From positions 1,664,001 to 1,728,000 of the forward strand of contig OX638340.1 of assembly GCA_951812955.1 (NCBI GenBank): a DNA stretch of 64,000 bases, in the 5' to 3' direction. A program made the position numbers and the translations under genes. The notes beneath the pieces are model-generated. The model made no database searches and had not been told where the DNA came from. It saw only the letters and a program-made list of their open reading frames with translations. Shown piece by piece: positions 9,956-20,369 of this stretch (its first letter is position 1; every line of letters starts with the position of its first letter). Source of the DNA: an uncultured Gemmatimonadota bacterium (lineage in GTDB: Bacteria > JAAXHH01).

Positions 9956-10924
9956 ATGGACGACCATGGCAGGGACTGGGACCGGGGACTCGTTAGCTAT
10001 CCGGATCCGAACGTCGAGATCATCGACGACCGGTTCAAACCCTACGTGATTCACACGGCGGGGATCGAGCGGCTGTTCACCGGTACTCGGTGGTCGGAAG
10101 GACCCGTGTGGATCGGCGACGCCCGGTGCCTGGTGTGGAGCGACATCCCGAACAACCGGATGCTCCGCTGGGACGAAGAGACGAGCGACGTCAGCGTCTT
10201 CCGGCTGCCGTCCAACAACACGAACGGCAATACGCGCGACCGTCAGGGCCGGCTGGTCTCCTGCGAACATGATTCCCGCCGGGTGACCCGCACCGAACAC
10301 GACGGGACGATTACCGTGCTGATCGATCGGTTCGACGGCAAGCGGCTCAACGCGCCGAACGACGTGGTGGTGCGTTCCGATGGTTCGATATGGTTCACCG
10401 ACCCGGGGTACGGCATCCTGATGAATTACGAAGGACACAAGGCCGAATTCGAACAGCCCACCCGCGTGTATCGCCTGGACCCGGTCACGGGCGATGCGAC
10501 GGTCATCGCGGATGACTTCCTGAGACCCAACGGCATTTGCTTCTCCCCCGACGAATCACGTCTATACGTTGTAGATACAGGCGCCTCCCACGATCCAGAC
10601 GGCCCCGCCCACATCCGGGTGCTGGATATCGATGGCGACCGGGTTACGAATTCGCGGGTGTTCGCCGACATGAAACCGGCCTCGTCCGACGGCGTTCGGA
10701 CGGACGTGGACGGCAACCTCTGGGCCGCTTCGGGTTGGGGCGGACCCGAAACGAACGGCGTGATCTGTTTTTCGCCGGAAGGCGACAGGCTCGGCATGAT
10801 CCACCTTCCCGAACCCTGCGCGAACCTTTGCTTCGGCGGCGTGAAGAAGAACCGCCTGTTCATGACCGCCAGCCAGTCCCTGTACGCCCTTTACTTAGAA
10901 ACCCAGGGAGCGCAACGGCCGTGA
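9956..10924 (+). CDS. SMP-30/gluconolactonase/LRE family protein
   Basis: Six-bladed propeller motifs (SEGPVW, NGICFSPDE, RSDGSIWFTDP). AGGGAG ribosome-binding site. Confidence 0.8.
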   Translation: MDDHGRDWDRGLVSYPDPNVEIIDDRFKPYVIHTAGIERLFTGTRWSEGPVWIGDARCLVWSDIPNNRMLRWDEETSDVSVFRLPSNNTNGNTRDRQGRLVSCEHDSRRVTRTEHDGTITVLIDRFDGKRLNAPNDVVVRSDGSIWFTDPGYGILMNYEGHKAEFEQPTRVYRLDPVTGDATVIADDFLRPNGICFSPDESRLYVVDTGASHDPDGPAHIRVLDIDGDRVTNSRVFADMKPASSDGVRTDVDGNLWAASGWGGPETNGVICFSPEGDRLGMIHLPEPCANLCFGGVKKNRLFMTASQSLYALYLETQGAQRP

Positions 10925-10953
10925 GCGATCTTCATGCATCCGATACCGGATCC

Positions 10954-11730
10954 ATGCTCTTATTCGATTTCGACGGGGTACTGCTGAACTCCGTCGTAGA
11001 GATGTCTATTACGGCTTACAACACGGTCACCGGCGGTCTCGCTACTTCTCCAGACGACCTGCCCGGCAACGCGGCGGAGCTGTTTGTGACCAACCGGTAC
11101 CACGTCCAACCGGCCGGTGACGCGATCAACCTGATGACCTGGTGTATAGACAATGCCGGCCTGCCCGGCGACCACCGGCTGGAACCGGAGGAATACCTGG
11201 CGATCCGCGAGGCGTCGGACGTCCCCCTGAAGGAACGTACGGGCAGTTTCTTCGCAGGCCGAAAGCGGTTAGTCACTCAAGATCCGGTCCAGTGGGCGTC
11301 GCTCAACACGGTGTACCAGCCGGTCTGGGATGTATTGAAAGGACAGGGCGCCGAAGGGATCGTGATCCTTACCAACAAAAACCGGGAAGCCACCGTGACC
11401 CTGTGTCACCACTTCGGCCTTGCCGTCCGGGACGGAAACGTGTACTCGGGCGATCACGGAACGACCAAGATCGAGAATCTGCTCGCGATCCGGGCGCGTT
11501 TCGAACGGGAACGCTACGGATTCATCGACGACTCCATCGGCAACCTGGAGGAGCTCGATGCCCATTTCAACAGGGATGAACCCCTTCTCGAACTGATGCT
11601 GGCTTCCTGGGGTTACATAGGACCGGACGACCACGCGGCGGCCCGCCGCGCCGGTTATGCCATCTACGAACAGGCCGACCTCATCGCGCGAGTCACCTCG
11701 ATGAAGGGCGTCGAACTGGGCAGCTCATAA
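10954..11730 (+). CDS. HAD-like hydrolase
   Basis: N-terminal LLFDFDGVL DxD motif. A GTG at 10921 overlapping the upstream stop is an alternative start. Confidence 0.6.
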   Translation: MLLFDFDGVLLNSVVEMSITAYNTVTGGLATSPDDLPGNAAELFVTNRYHVQPAGDAINLMTWCIDNAGLPGDHRLEPEEYLAIREASDVPLKERTGSFFAGRKRLVTQDPVQWASLNTVYQPVWDVLKGQGAEGIVILTNKNREATVTLCHHFGLAVRDGNVYSGDHGTTKIENLLAIRARFERERYGFIDDSIGNLEELDAHFNRDEPLLELMLASWGYIGPDDHAAARRAGYAIYEQADLIARVTSMKGVELGSS

Positions 11731-11789
11731 ATCGGAAACCAGGCAGCTCATGAATCGGAAACCAGGCAGCTCATGAATCGGAAACCAGA
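11721..11789. repeat. 23-bp direct repeat x3 (CAGCTCAT[A/G]AATCGGAAACCAGG) spanning the HAD stop and the kinase start
   Basis: Seen directly. Copy 1 carries the TAA stop of the upstream gene. Copy 2 carries an ATG that is out of frame with the kinase. Copy 3 carries the kinase ATG at 11773. Confidence 0.8.
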
Positions 11790-12831
11790 CAGCCACTCCG
11801 GCAGCGAGCTTGAGGTCATCGAACGTTTCCCGGAACTGCGCGCCCTCGTCGTCGGGGACATCATGCTCGACGTTTACGAGTTCTGCCGAACCGGGGACAG
11901 CAAGCCCATCGATTCGGAGAAGGCGGGAAAGCGGGCCTACAAGGCGCAGGAAACGATCAAGGTGCTCGGCGGCGCGGGCAACGTGGCGGCCAACCTGGCT
12001 TCCCTGGACGTGCAGACCACCCTCGTGGGCGTGACGGGCAACGACGAACATTACTTTAAGATCCGCGATCTCGCGGACGATCTGGAAATACGCCACGGCC
12101 TGATCCGGGACGAGCGCCGCCCCACCACGATCAAGGCCCGCCTGTACCTGGACGACGACTACCTGCTGCGGCGCGATACCGAGTGCGCCGACCGGATCGA
12201 CGGCGGCACCTCGGCCGCGCTGGCGAAGGAAGTCCTTCGCGCACTGCCGGAGACCGACGTCGTGATCCTCAGCGATTATGACAAAGGGGTCTTTACCGCG
12301 GCGAACACCGGTCAGATCATCCGCGAATGCCGCCTCAATGAAATCCCCGTCGTGGTTGATTTCAAGCCGGGCAACCGGGCGTTCTTCGCCGGCGCGGACA
12401 TCATCGCCCCGAACGCCGCCGAGGCCGCCGAGCTTATCGGCGGGTTTTCCATGGACCGGCTGGGTTCCGACTGCCGGCGGCTGCATGCTTCGCTGGGTTG
12501 CCGGAACACAGTCGTCACGCTGGGAGAGCAGGGACTCTGCGGCGTGGGGCCGGACGGCTTCTTCCATGTACGGGGCCATCGCGTCAAACCCGTGGACAAG
12601 GTCGGTTGCGGCGACACCGTGCGGGCGGGGCTGGCCATCGGCGCGGCGCTGGGGCTTCCCCTCGAGGAGTCGGGGGAACTCGCAAACGACGCGGCGACGG
12701 TCATCGTGCAGAAACCGGCTACCTCGGTCCTTTCCCGGGGAGAACTCAGGAATTTCGTATCGGGAAAACAAGAAGTCAGTCCACCACCCGCGGCGGCGCT
12801 GGTCGGACGCGGGGGAGCGTCCGACGGGTAA
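11773..12831 (+). CDS. PfkB/ribokinase-family carbohydrate kinase (heptose-7-phosphate kinase-like)
   Basis: GG motif KVLGGAGNVA and the C-terminal anion-hole motif GCGDTVRAG. Confidence 0.75.
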   Translation: MNRKPDSHSGSELEVIERFPELRALVVGDIMLDVYEFCRTGDSKPIDSEKAGKRAYKAQETIKVLGGAGNVAANLASLDVQTTLVGVTGNDEHYFKIRDLADDLEIRHGLIRDERRPTTIKARLYLDDDYLLRRDTECADRIDGGTSAALAKEVLRALPETDVVILSDYDKGVFTAANTGQIIRECRLNEIPVVVDFKPGNRAFFAGADIIAPNAAEAAELIGGFSMDRLGSDCRRLHASLGCRNTVVTLGEQGLCGVGPDGFFHVRGHRVKPVDKVGCGDTVRAGLAIGAALGLPLEESGELANDAATVIVQKPATSVLSRGELRNFVSGKQEVSPPPAAALVGRGGASDG

Positions 12832-12914
12832 GGACGGACGGCCTGGCTCGGGAACTACCCGCAGCCTGGGACGTAAAATCGTGTACATTCACCGCAAAAC
12901 GAGTTAGTATCGAC

Positions 12915-13802
12915 ATGAAAGTCAAAGCATACGAGAGGATATCCGGCAGGGGAGGGGTTGTGGTCCGTCTCATATTGTTTTTTGCAAGCTTCGCACTGGT
13001 ATCGACGGCCTGCGAATCCGGTCCCACCGTGGACGGGACGGACGCCGAAACCTTCGACGCATCCATCGCCGCGATCAAGGCGGCGCTTCCCGAGGAAGAC
13101 CAGGAGAAAATCGACGAAGTGATAGAGGCGTTCGAGTACCTCTATAGCGACAACGTGATCAGTTCGCTGAACGCTTCCGAGGCCATCCGGAACCGGATTC
13201 AGAGCCGTCTGGACGGCATGGACGTGGGGGAAATCTTCGCGGAGTGGACCGACCGGGTGGACAAGGCGATCGAATCCCTCGAGGCGAAGAAGCAAAATAC
13301 GGACTCCGCCATGGAGAACCTGAAGGACGTACGGGTCAGAGGACCCGAATACTACGTGCAGCGCGGGCAGTCCGTCGTGAAAATCAACATCCACAACCGG
13401 ACGGATCACACCATCTCCAGGGTGTATTTCCGCGGCACCCTATGGCAACAGCAGCCGAGAAAGTGGCTTCTTGAGGACGATTTCAACTACAATATCCGGC
13501 GTACGGAGGGCAAGAACCTGGGACCTGGCGATCGGGCCGAATGGAACTTCGCCCTGCTTTCACCCGTCTGGAAGCGAGCCCCGGAGGACGTGGACAACCT
13601 CTCCCTGAGCGTGATCGTGACACGGATCGACGGGGGGCAGGAACAACCCATCTTTGACGCGTTTACGGACCGTTTCACGACCAAGGACTCGCGCAGGCTC
13701 AGGAGGCTGGTCTCTCTCAAGGAATCTATCGGGACGCTTGAGCCGGAACCCGATCCCGAGGAGACATCCCAATCGCTCGGCTGGACCTCCAACATGAATT
13801 GA
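12915..13802 (+). CDS. hypothetical lipoprotein
   Basis: Signal peptide plus lipobox LVSTAC. No known catalytic motifs. The listed ORF 12498..13802 is an out-of-frame upstream extension overlapping the kinase. Confidence 0.5.
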   Translation: MKVKAYERISGRGGVVVRLILFFASFALVSTACESGPTVDGTDAETFDASIAAIKAALPEEDQEKIDEVIEAFEYLYSDNVISSLNASEAIRNRIQSRLDGMDVGEIFAEWTDRVDKAIESLEAKKQNTDSAMENLKDVRVRGPEYYVQRGQSVVKINIHNRTDHTISRVYFRGTLWQQQPRKWLLEDDFNYNIRRTEGKNLGPGDRAEWNFALLSPVWKRAPEDVDNLSLSVIVTRIDGGQEQPIFDAFTDRFTTKDSRRLRRLVSLKESIGTLEPEPDPEETSQSLGWTSNMN

Positions 13803-13878
13803 CAAGGGCAAGCCAGGCCGGTCCGTCCGTCACCGACGCGCTCCGCTGATATCTGTCTCCTTCGTCCGCTTTCCCCTG

Positions 13879-14747
13879 TTATCCCCTGTCGTCACCTTCC
13901 CTGGCTGATACAATATACCTGTCCACCGTATCGGCGAAGATCAGGAACTGCGGGTTGTTTCGGTGGGTTGCCCTCAGGGCCAGTACCGTAACGCCTTCCG
14001 ATCCCTCTGTATGTACGCCCCGGCAGTACGCCTCCATTAACGCGGGTTCAAGTGGTTCTCTCGAGTCGTGGAAGCTATCCGCGAAAAAGCCGAAAATCAT
14101 GCCCACGATACCGATGCCCACCATCATCATCAACACGCTGGCCCCCTGTCCCAGGGGGGTGACCGGGTACTTGTCGCCGTATCCCACGGTCGTGGAGGTC
14201 ACCACGGCCCACCAGATGCTGTCGCCGTATACACTGAAGACCTCAGGCTGGGCGCGGCGTTCCACCTCGTAGATCACGGTCGAGCTGATCATCAGGTACA
14301 TGATGGTGATAAGGAAAATCGGTATGATCCGTATCCGACTGTGGTACATGGACCGGGCGAACTCCGCCAGTTTTGGGCTGTATCGGAACATCTTGAGCAG
14401 CCGTAGTGTCCGGGCGCCCCGGACCAGTCCAAGCTGCTCCTGGGTCAGACCGGGGTAGAATCCGATCCAGAAGGGCAGGATGCTGATCAGGTCGATCACC
14501 CCCAGAGAACTGACCAGGTACCTGCCCTTGCGCGGCGACAGCCTGATGCGCAGCAGATATTCCAGGGTGAAGAACCCCGCGATGACCCGCTCGATCCAGA
14601 TAAACCCCGCCCAGGCGCCGGCGTCCAGACTGCTGCGCGTCTGGGTGTACTGGAGCTCGATGAAGTAGAGTATCATGTTGACGGCCAGTACGTAGGGTCC
14701 GAAACGGTGTACGGCCGCAAGCACGGAGGACAGGAATCCCGGCATGG
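13879..14747 (-). CDS. voltage-gated potassium channel (ion-transport family)
   Basis: K+ selectivity filter TTVGYGD. S4-like segment with a regular Arg repeat (LVRGARTLRLLKMFRY). Start at ATG 14747, with an AGGAGG ribosome-binding site 5 nt upstream. Confidence 0.8.
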
Positions 14748-14912
14748 CGTGCCTCCTTGGCGAATGTGATGGGCTTATTCCAATAGGTTTGTTTTTGATG
14801 CTACAAATACTGAGATGGTTTGGCCAATTTAGCGTAAGTGTCTCAAATAACAAAGGCCCACCGTCCGCCAACGCTTCGGGTGAGCCTTATAGGTGTGGGA
14901 CCGTCGAGTGAT

Positions 14913-15683
14913 TCAGGACTTTTTCGATCGAAGGGCCGCCAGCCGGTCCCGCGTCGAGGAATCGGCCAGCGCGGGTTTCTCGGCCGCTTCTAGGGCCGCG
15001 GCAATGTTGGGATCGTCGGAGATCTCGGTCTTGCCGAAAGCGCCGATTTTGAGTTCCGCCGCACGGGACGTCGTTTCAGCCTTCTCCGTCTCCTTGTCCA
15101 TGGCGTTCAGGGCCGTGTCCAGTCCGCCCAGGGAGCTGCTCAGCCCCGCGGCCTGCCGCACGCCTTCGGCGCGTTCGACGGCCCGCTCCTTCTTCATCCT
15201 TGCCTGCTCCATGCGCCGCTGGGCCTGCTTGAGTTGGGTCTGCGCCTGCTTCAGTTTTTCCGCGGCCACGTCGTAAGCCTGGCGAAGCTCCGTCGCGAAA
15301 GCCTCCGCTTCCTGGTCCTCCTGGCGCTCCCGTTCGATCTCCGGGTTCAGACGCTCCAGTTCAGAGACCAGCTTGTCCAGGCTCTCCTCCAGCTTGGCGC
15401 GCTGCCCCTCTTCCGCCCCTTCGAGCTGGCCTTCGAGCCGTTCGGCAGCGGCCAGGTACCTGTCGTACTGCGTCAACAGCGCCTGCGTCTCTTCGTGGTC
15501 CTTCTTCACGTCCATCTCGGCCTTGCCGACCCGTTTCCCGAGCTTGTCGAGTTCCTCTTCCATGAGAGAAATCTGTGCCTCGGACGCGGTTTCCGGATCG
15601 AAGGCCACCACTGCCTGGGTAAAAGACTCCAGGGCGTTGCCGGCCTGTTTCTTGCCGACGCGGGAAAGAAATTTCCAGATCAT
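14913..15683 (-). CDS. PspA/IM30 (phage-shock protein A / Vipp1) family protein
   Basis: All-alpha coiled-coil of ~250 aa with a PspA-like N-terminus. It is the last gene of a three-gene minus-strand operon. Confidence 0.75.
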   Translation of the reverse strand: MIWKFLSRVGKKQAGNALESFTQAVVAFDPETASEAQISLMEEELDKLGKRVGKAEMDVKKDHEETQALLTQYDRYLAAAERLEGQLEGAEEGQRAKLEESLDKLVSELERLNPEIERERQEDQEAEAFATELRQAYDVAAEKLKQAQTQLKQAQRRMEQARMKKERAVERAEGVRQAAGLSSSLGGLDTALNAMDKETEKAETTSRAAELKIGAFGKTEISDDPNIAAALEAAEKPALADSSTRDRLAALRSKKS

Positions 15684-15699
15684 GTCCTATCCTTTCTCT

Positions 15700-16401
15700 T
15701 TAAATAACCTTTACTTCCTCAAGCATCAGTTCCACGCCCAGGTACAGTTCTATAACTCCGTCGCCCGCGCTGATCAACAGGAATTCGTCCACGCGCTCGG
15801 GATCCTCCGGGTTGTAGGGGTCCCCACTCGCCACGCGGAAATAGGACATGGCCTGCTGGGTTTCCTCGTAGACCTGCTCTCCGTACGAATCCCGGATGAT
15901 CCGCTCGCTGACCTGCACCGGCACGGTCTGCCCGTCGCCATCCATCCATTCGCGGAGGTAGGACTGCTCCTCGCCGTCGCCATGGAGTACTTCCGGAGAT
16001 CCAATGATACCATCCTCATCGTTCAACCAGGTTGCCCAGATCTCCTCCGAATGGGGATACAGGTCCCGATCGAGCACGTACAGGCGGCATTCCACGGGTT
16101 CCCCGTGCTCCGCGACCACCTGGAGGAAGGCCGAGGTGCCCTGAAGGTAGCAGCGATAGGCCATGGCGCCTTCGCCCAGGTCGATCTTGCCGATGGCTTC
16201 GACGGCCAGGGGGAAGGATGGGAAGTTGAACTGGACGAGGCCGATGAAGGTGGACAGTCCGGCGCCGTCGATGTCGACCAACCGGTCGATGGCGACACCG
16301 AGGGGAAGATCCTGGTCAACCCGTGTGGGTTTCTTCCGAAAAAAACCAGCCGCCTCTTTCGCCTGTTTCTTCGCTACGGAACGAATAATGTGGAAGCTCA
16401 T
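15700..16401 (-). CDS. hypothetical protein, possibly a DUF2491/YjfK-like partner of PspA
   Basis: Acidic soluble protein. The call rests on adjacency to a PspA-family gene, as in the E. coli yjfJ-yjfK pair, and is inference only. Start set at MSFHIIR (ATG 16401). Confidence 0.4.
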   Translation of the reverse strand: MSFHIIRSVAKKQAKEAAGFFRKKPTRVDQDLPLGVAIDRLVDIDGAGLSTFIGLVQFNFPSFPLAVEAIGKIDLGEGAMAYRCYLQGTSAFLQVVAEHGEPVECRLYVLDRDLYPHSEEIWATWLNDEDGIIGSPEVLHGDGEEQSYLREWMDGDGQTVPVQVSERIIRDSYGEQVYEETQQAMSYFRVASGDPYNPEDPERVDEFLLISAGDGVIELYLGVELMLEEVKVI

Positions 16402-16412
16402 CGGGTCCTGCG

Positions 16413-18233
16413 CTACTCCTCGCCCACGATGGGCTTGATGTCGTCGATGGACCGCCAGAGGGCGTCTTCGAAGAGCGTCATGGGCTTGCTGCCATAGGTA
16501 TCCACCCATTGCTTCGACAGGATCAGGATGGCGTCCACCGTCAACGTCTCCACGCTGCTGTCGAGATAGCCGAAGAGCCAGCCCTCCTGAAGTTCCGGGT
16601 AGGTCTCGTGGGGGATCGACGCCACCTCGTAGATCGTGTTGCCGAACTGATCCACGGCCGTGCTGAAATAGTGCTCGTCCACGGCGACCATGCTCAGCTG
16701 TCCACCGTATTGCCGGTCCGCATCCTTCAGCAGTTCGGAGTTTAACCCGGCGACGAACAACATGACCGAGTTGGGATCCCCGGCCACCTGGCTCAGGGCC
16801 TCATCGTAGCTGGCGAACCGCGTGTTGAACTCCCCGTACCTGGGATCCTGGAGGACGAATCCTTCCCAGGCCCTGTGGGTACCAGAACCGCGGGGACCGA
16901 CGTACACGATATGGGTGTTCGGCTGGAGGTCCGAGACGCTTGCGATGCCCCCGCCCTCATTGACGATCAACTGCACGTACTCGGTGTACAGGGTGGACTG
17001 CAGCCCGACCAGTTGTTCCGCCGAAGCCGGGTTCTTCCTCAGGTAGGAGTTCAGAATGTCGCTTTGCACGAGCACCGCGTCGGCCTGGTTCTGGACCAGG
17101 TTGTTCAGGTTTTCTTCCGAACCGGCCGTCGTCTGGAGCATCACGTCGAAATCAGGCAGGTGAGACTGCAGGATCTGGCCGAATCGATGGTAGTTGCCGT
17201 TCTCCACCCCGGTGTTCACCGTGATGCGCGGCTGGTTCGGATCGGCGGTGGCCACGACTTCGGCGGCCAGGGCGATCGCCGGGGTCACCCCTGGCGGCAG
17301 GTATTCGGGATCTCTGGGCGTGCCTTCCAGCGTGGCGACCTGCTTGTCCAGTTCATCCAGCTTCGCGCGCAGTTCCGCGTTGTCCTCGGCCAGGCGTTCG
17401 GCCTCGCCGCGCCACTCCTTGTAACCCGGATCATTGGCGTGATGGTGGGCCATGGCGTAGTGACGGCGGCTGCTCATCATGTCCAGCATAGACCACATGA
17501 ACAGGGCGTCCCACATCCCAAAGCTGGGATAGGACATGAAGGCGTATCCCGGCGTGCGCCAGCCCATGCCCCCGTAGTAGCTGTCCCGGCCGGCATAGTA
17601 ATTGTCGTAGGAGGTGCGGTTCTGCGAGCCCCGTTGGTATATCCCGTTGTCCCGGTACGTGCTCGTGTTTGCGGCCGAGTTGGACGACCGGGCGAATCCG
17701 GACTGTCGCGACTGGTGGGTGTTCAGCGACCTGCGGGCCGTCTCGCTCTGTACCCGCCTGCCCATGACCGATGACCGGGCCGTGGCCCGTCCGGTCGAAG
17801 CGCCCGAGACCGCACCGCCGGCCCGGGTGGACCTGGCCGCGGTGGCCGTGGACCGCTGGGCGGACGTGCTTCGTGCCGGCGTGGCGGACTGGCCCGTTGT
17901 GCGGGCGGGTGTCTGCCGCGTGGCGGTGGTTGTACTTTTCCGTGAGAAAATGCTGCGGCGGCCGAATGAACTGCGGCGGTTCCAAAGCGACCGCGAACTG
18001 CGGAATCCACCGAAACCGCGGCGTGCGTAGGCTTCTTCAGGGCTGAACAGTCCGGTGATCTGCCGTATCGTTCGGTCCGCGTTATCCGCGCTTTCCACGG
18101 GTGGCACGGCATCGTCGATCGACCGCACACGGTCCGTCAATCCGGGACTGTTGCCACCCGGACTGATCTGCAGAAACCCGCCTGTCAGCACGAGCAAGCC
18201 GGCAATCATAAGCAGTTTTAATTTTCGAGACAT
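16413..18233 (-). CDS. secreted protein with an Arg/Ser/Thr-rich disordered linker and a C-terminal TAXI-like (TRAP-type) periplasmic binding domain
   Basis: Signal peptide. About 150 aa of low-complexity R/S/T-rich sequence. The C-terminal ~300 aa resembles TAXI-family solute-binding proteins. A coiled-coil segment (AERLAEDNAELRAKLDELDKQVATLEG) lies in between. Confidence 0.5.
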   Translation of the reverse strand: MSRKLKLLMIAGLLVLTGGFLQISPGGNSPGLTDRVRSIDDAVPPVESADNADRTIRQITGLFSPEEAYARRGFGGFRSSRSLWNRRSSFGRRSIFSRKSTTTATRQTPARTTGQSATPARSTSAQRSTATAARSTRAGGAVSGASTGRATARSSVMGRRVQSETARRSLNTHQSRQSGFARSSNSAANTSTYRDNGIYQRGSQNRTSYDNYYAGRDSYYGGMGWRTPGYAFMSYPSFGMWDALFMWSMLDMMSSRRHYAMAHHHANDPGYKEWRGEAERLAEDNAELRAKLDELDKQVATLEGTPRDPEYLPPGVTPAIALAAEVVATADPNQPRITVNTGVENGNYHRFGQILQSHLPDFDVMLQTTAGSEENLNNLVQNQADAVLVQSDILNSYLRKNPASAEQLVGLQSTLYTEYVQLIVNEGGGIASVSDLQPNTHIVYVGPRGSGTHRAWEGFVLQDPRYGEFNTRFASYDEALSQVAGDPNSVMLFVAGLNSELLKDADRQYGGQLSMVAVDEHYFSTAVDQFGNTIYEVASIPHETYPELQEGWLFGYLDSSVETLTVDAILILSKQWVDTYGSKPMTLFEDALWRSIDDIKPIVGEE

Positions 18234-18544
18234 GAGGTACTTCCCCTTTGTAGTCGATAGGATGGTTCGGATTCTGGCTTCCTAAAGATAAGGACTTCGC
18301 ATCCTGCAGGCAAGTTGCAAACCTTTATGGAACCGGTGATCCGGTCGAATGTGTAGCCGTTTTGCCAGTCTGCGGTCCGCCGCGTACGATTTTCGGCGTG
18401 GCTCGGGCATGAAGATACCGAAGATACCATTGACCGGGTAGTCCGCCGGCCATACCATATCGGATCGCGTTTCAGACCAAGGCTAAATACCAAAGACGCC
18501 ACATAGCAGACCGGTTCACCGATCCTGTAAAGGAAAGAACACGC

Positions 18545-19747
18545 ATGCCCATCACGGAGGTCCGCGTTCGGCAGGTTGCCGTCCCGAGGATCTATGACAC
18601 TTATTGCGCGGACCCCAAGCACTTGAAGGCTACCATCGACCACGGCCGGTCTACCTACCAGATCATCGAACTGAAGACCCATGATGGCCTGACCGGAATC
18701 GGCGAGGTCTCCGATATCGCGCCGCGGATGGACGCGCCTTCACCCGGATCATTGCAGGACATAGTGTCCAGCGTGCTGGAAGGCGGTGACCCTGCCGCGT
18801 GGCGCAACCTGCATGACCGGGCCGGGGAAGCGCTTCCCGGAGACCTGTACCCGGAACTCAGGCAGTTGATTCTCTTCGGTTTGGAAAGTTCATTGCTCGA
18901 CCTGGTCGGCAAGGCGTACGGCATTCCTCTTTACGAGCTCCTGGGCGGACGATGCCGGCACGCCGCCGCTGTCTCGTGGGTAGCCTACCTGCGCGGCGAC
19001 GCCGCCCTCGAAGATGAGCTGCAGGCGCTCGAGCTGGAGATGGCAGACCAGGTGGGATCGGGCATGAAGGCCTTCAAGCTCAAGGTGGGCGAGGACCACG
19101 AACGCGACCTGGAGAGGGTCCGGCTGGCACGGAGGATCGCGGGAGCCGGAGCGTACATCAAGGTGGATGCCAGCGGTTTCTGGGAAGAAGACGAGGCCCT
19201 GTCCAGGCTGCACGACATGGCGGAGGCCGGCGCCGACGCGTGCGAGACGCCGATTCGCGCGCTCTCGAGACCCATGTCGCGGGAGGATCCCGCCCGAATC
19301 GAATCAGAAGCGGACGGGATTGCCGAAGCGCTGGCAGGTGTCCGCGGCAGTTCCCCCATACCGATCATCGAGCATGTCGCCGATCTCGGAGATGTATTCC
19401 TGACGGCCCTGATCCGGCGTCGCGCCGTGGACATCGTCAACGTCGTTCCCTGCCAGGCCGGCGGGCTGCGCCGCGCCAAGCGACTGCTCCACGCCGCAGA
19501 GACCGCGGGCATGCCCGCATTGCTGGGCAGCACGATCGAATTGGGACCCGGAACGGCGGCGGCGGTACATCTCGCCGTTTCGTCGGCAAGCGTCAACGTG
19601 CCCTCGGACCTGGTGGGTCCCGGACTGCTCCAGGACGACGTGTGCACCACCCCATTCACCCTCGAAGGAGGTGAGCTTTCGCCTTTCAAGGGGCCGGGAC
19701 TCGGCATCGAGCTGGATGAAGAGAAACTGGCGCGGTGGACGGGTTAA
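18545..19747 (+). CDS. enolase-superfamily enzyme (mandelate racemase/muconate lactonizing family)
   Basis: Capping domain plus barrel motifs KLKVG and KVDASG. Confidence 0.8.
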   Translation: MPITEVRVRQVAVPRIYDTYCADPKHLKATIDHGRSTYQIIELKTHDGLTGIGEVSDIAPRMDAPSPGSLQDIVSSVLEGGDPAAWRNLHDRAGEALPGDLYPELRQLILFGLESSLLDLVGKAYGIPLYELLGGRCRHAAAVSWVAYLRGDAALEDELQALELEMADQVGSGMKAFKLKVGEDHERDLERVRLARRIAGAGAYIKVDASGFWEEDEALSRLHDMAEAGADACETPIRALSRPMSREDPARIESEADGIAEALAGVRGSSPIPIIEHVADLGDVFLTALIRRRAVDIVNVVPCQAGGLRRAKRLLHAAETAGMPALLGSTIELGPGTAAAVHLAVSSASVNVPSDLVGPGLLQDDVCTTPFTLEGGELSPFKGPGLGIELDEEKLARWTG

Positions 19748-19829
19748 GATAATCCGGTGGGATTCACCAGGAACGTAGGCATCCTGCCACGTCCCGAAGA
19801 ACGCTTAATGTCACCGGAAGTCCAAAGCC

Positions 19830-20276
19830 TCACCGCCTGAATCTGCCAGAACCGCCTCGCCCCATTTGCGATGCTTCCTCCACCAGTTTATCGAACGTCT
19901 TCATCGCGTCCGGCGAAAGCACACCCTTCAGGTTCGTCTTGAACTGCTTTTCGTTTTCCTCCAGTTGTTCACGCAGCCATTTCCAGTCTTCGGTCTTCCT
20001 GGCCTGTTCCAGCAGCGCGTCCTTCTGCGTTGATGCTTCCTTGACCATGGCGCGCAGTTGCAGCACCTGATCGTCGGTCGTATCCATGCGTATACTAAGC
20101 ACGTGCCAGATCTGATCGACACGGAAGGTGTTCATCGCTTGCATTTGTTCCAACATGGCACTGTTCTGTCCCCGGCCGCCCATTCGGCCGAATCCGCCTC
20201 GCTGCGCGGCCGCGTCGTTGGCGATATAGGCAATCATCATCAGGCCGATTACGGCAAGGTGAAGACGGTATTTCAT
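19830..20276 (-). CDS. Spy/CpxP-family periplasmic protein (LTXXQ motifs)
   Basis: Signal peptide MKYRLHLAVIGLMMIAYIA. Helical protein with LTXXQ-like motifs. Start is ATG 20276. Confidence 0.6.
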   Translation of the reverse strand: MKYRLHLAVIGLMMIAYIANDAAAQRGGFGRMGGRGQNSAMLEQMQAMNTFRVDQIWHVLSIRMDTTDDQVLQLRAMVKEASTQKDALLEQARKTEDWKWLREQLEENEKQFKTNLKGVLSPDAMKTFDKLVEEASQMGRGGSGRFRR

Positions 20277-20369
20277 GCTATGACTCCCTTCAATTAGATG
20301 CCGCGGTCGGACTGGGGATCCTTCCGCGGCGGGTTCTCGCTCCAATAACCAGCGGTCAGCTAACAATTG

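Noticed and set aside
18250-18330. Sigma-54 type promoter (GG-N10-GC) upstream of the PspA operon
   Set aside because: Only the GG/GC spacing matches. The flanking consensus bases do not, and the -35 and -10 alternatives were not evaluated.
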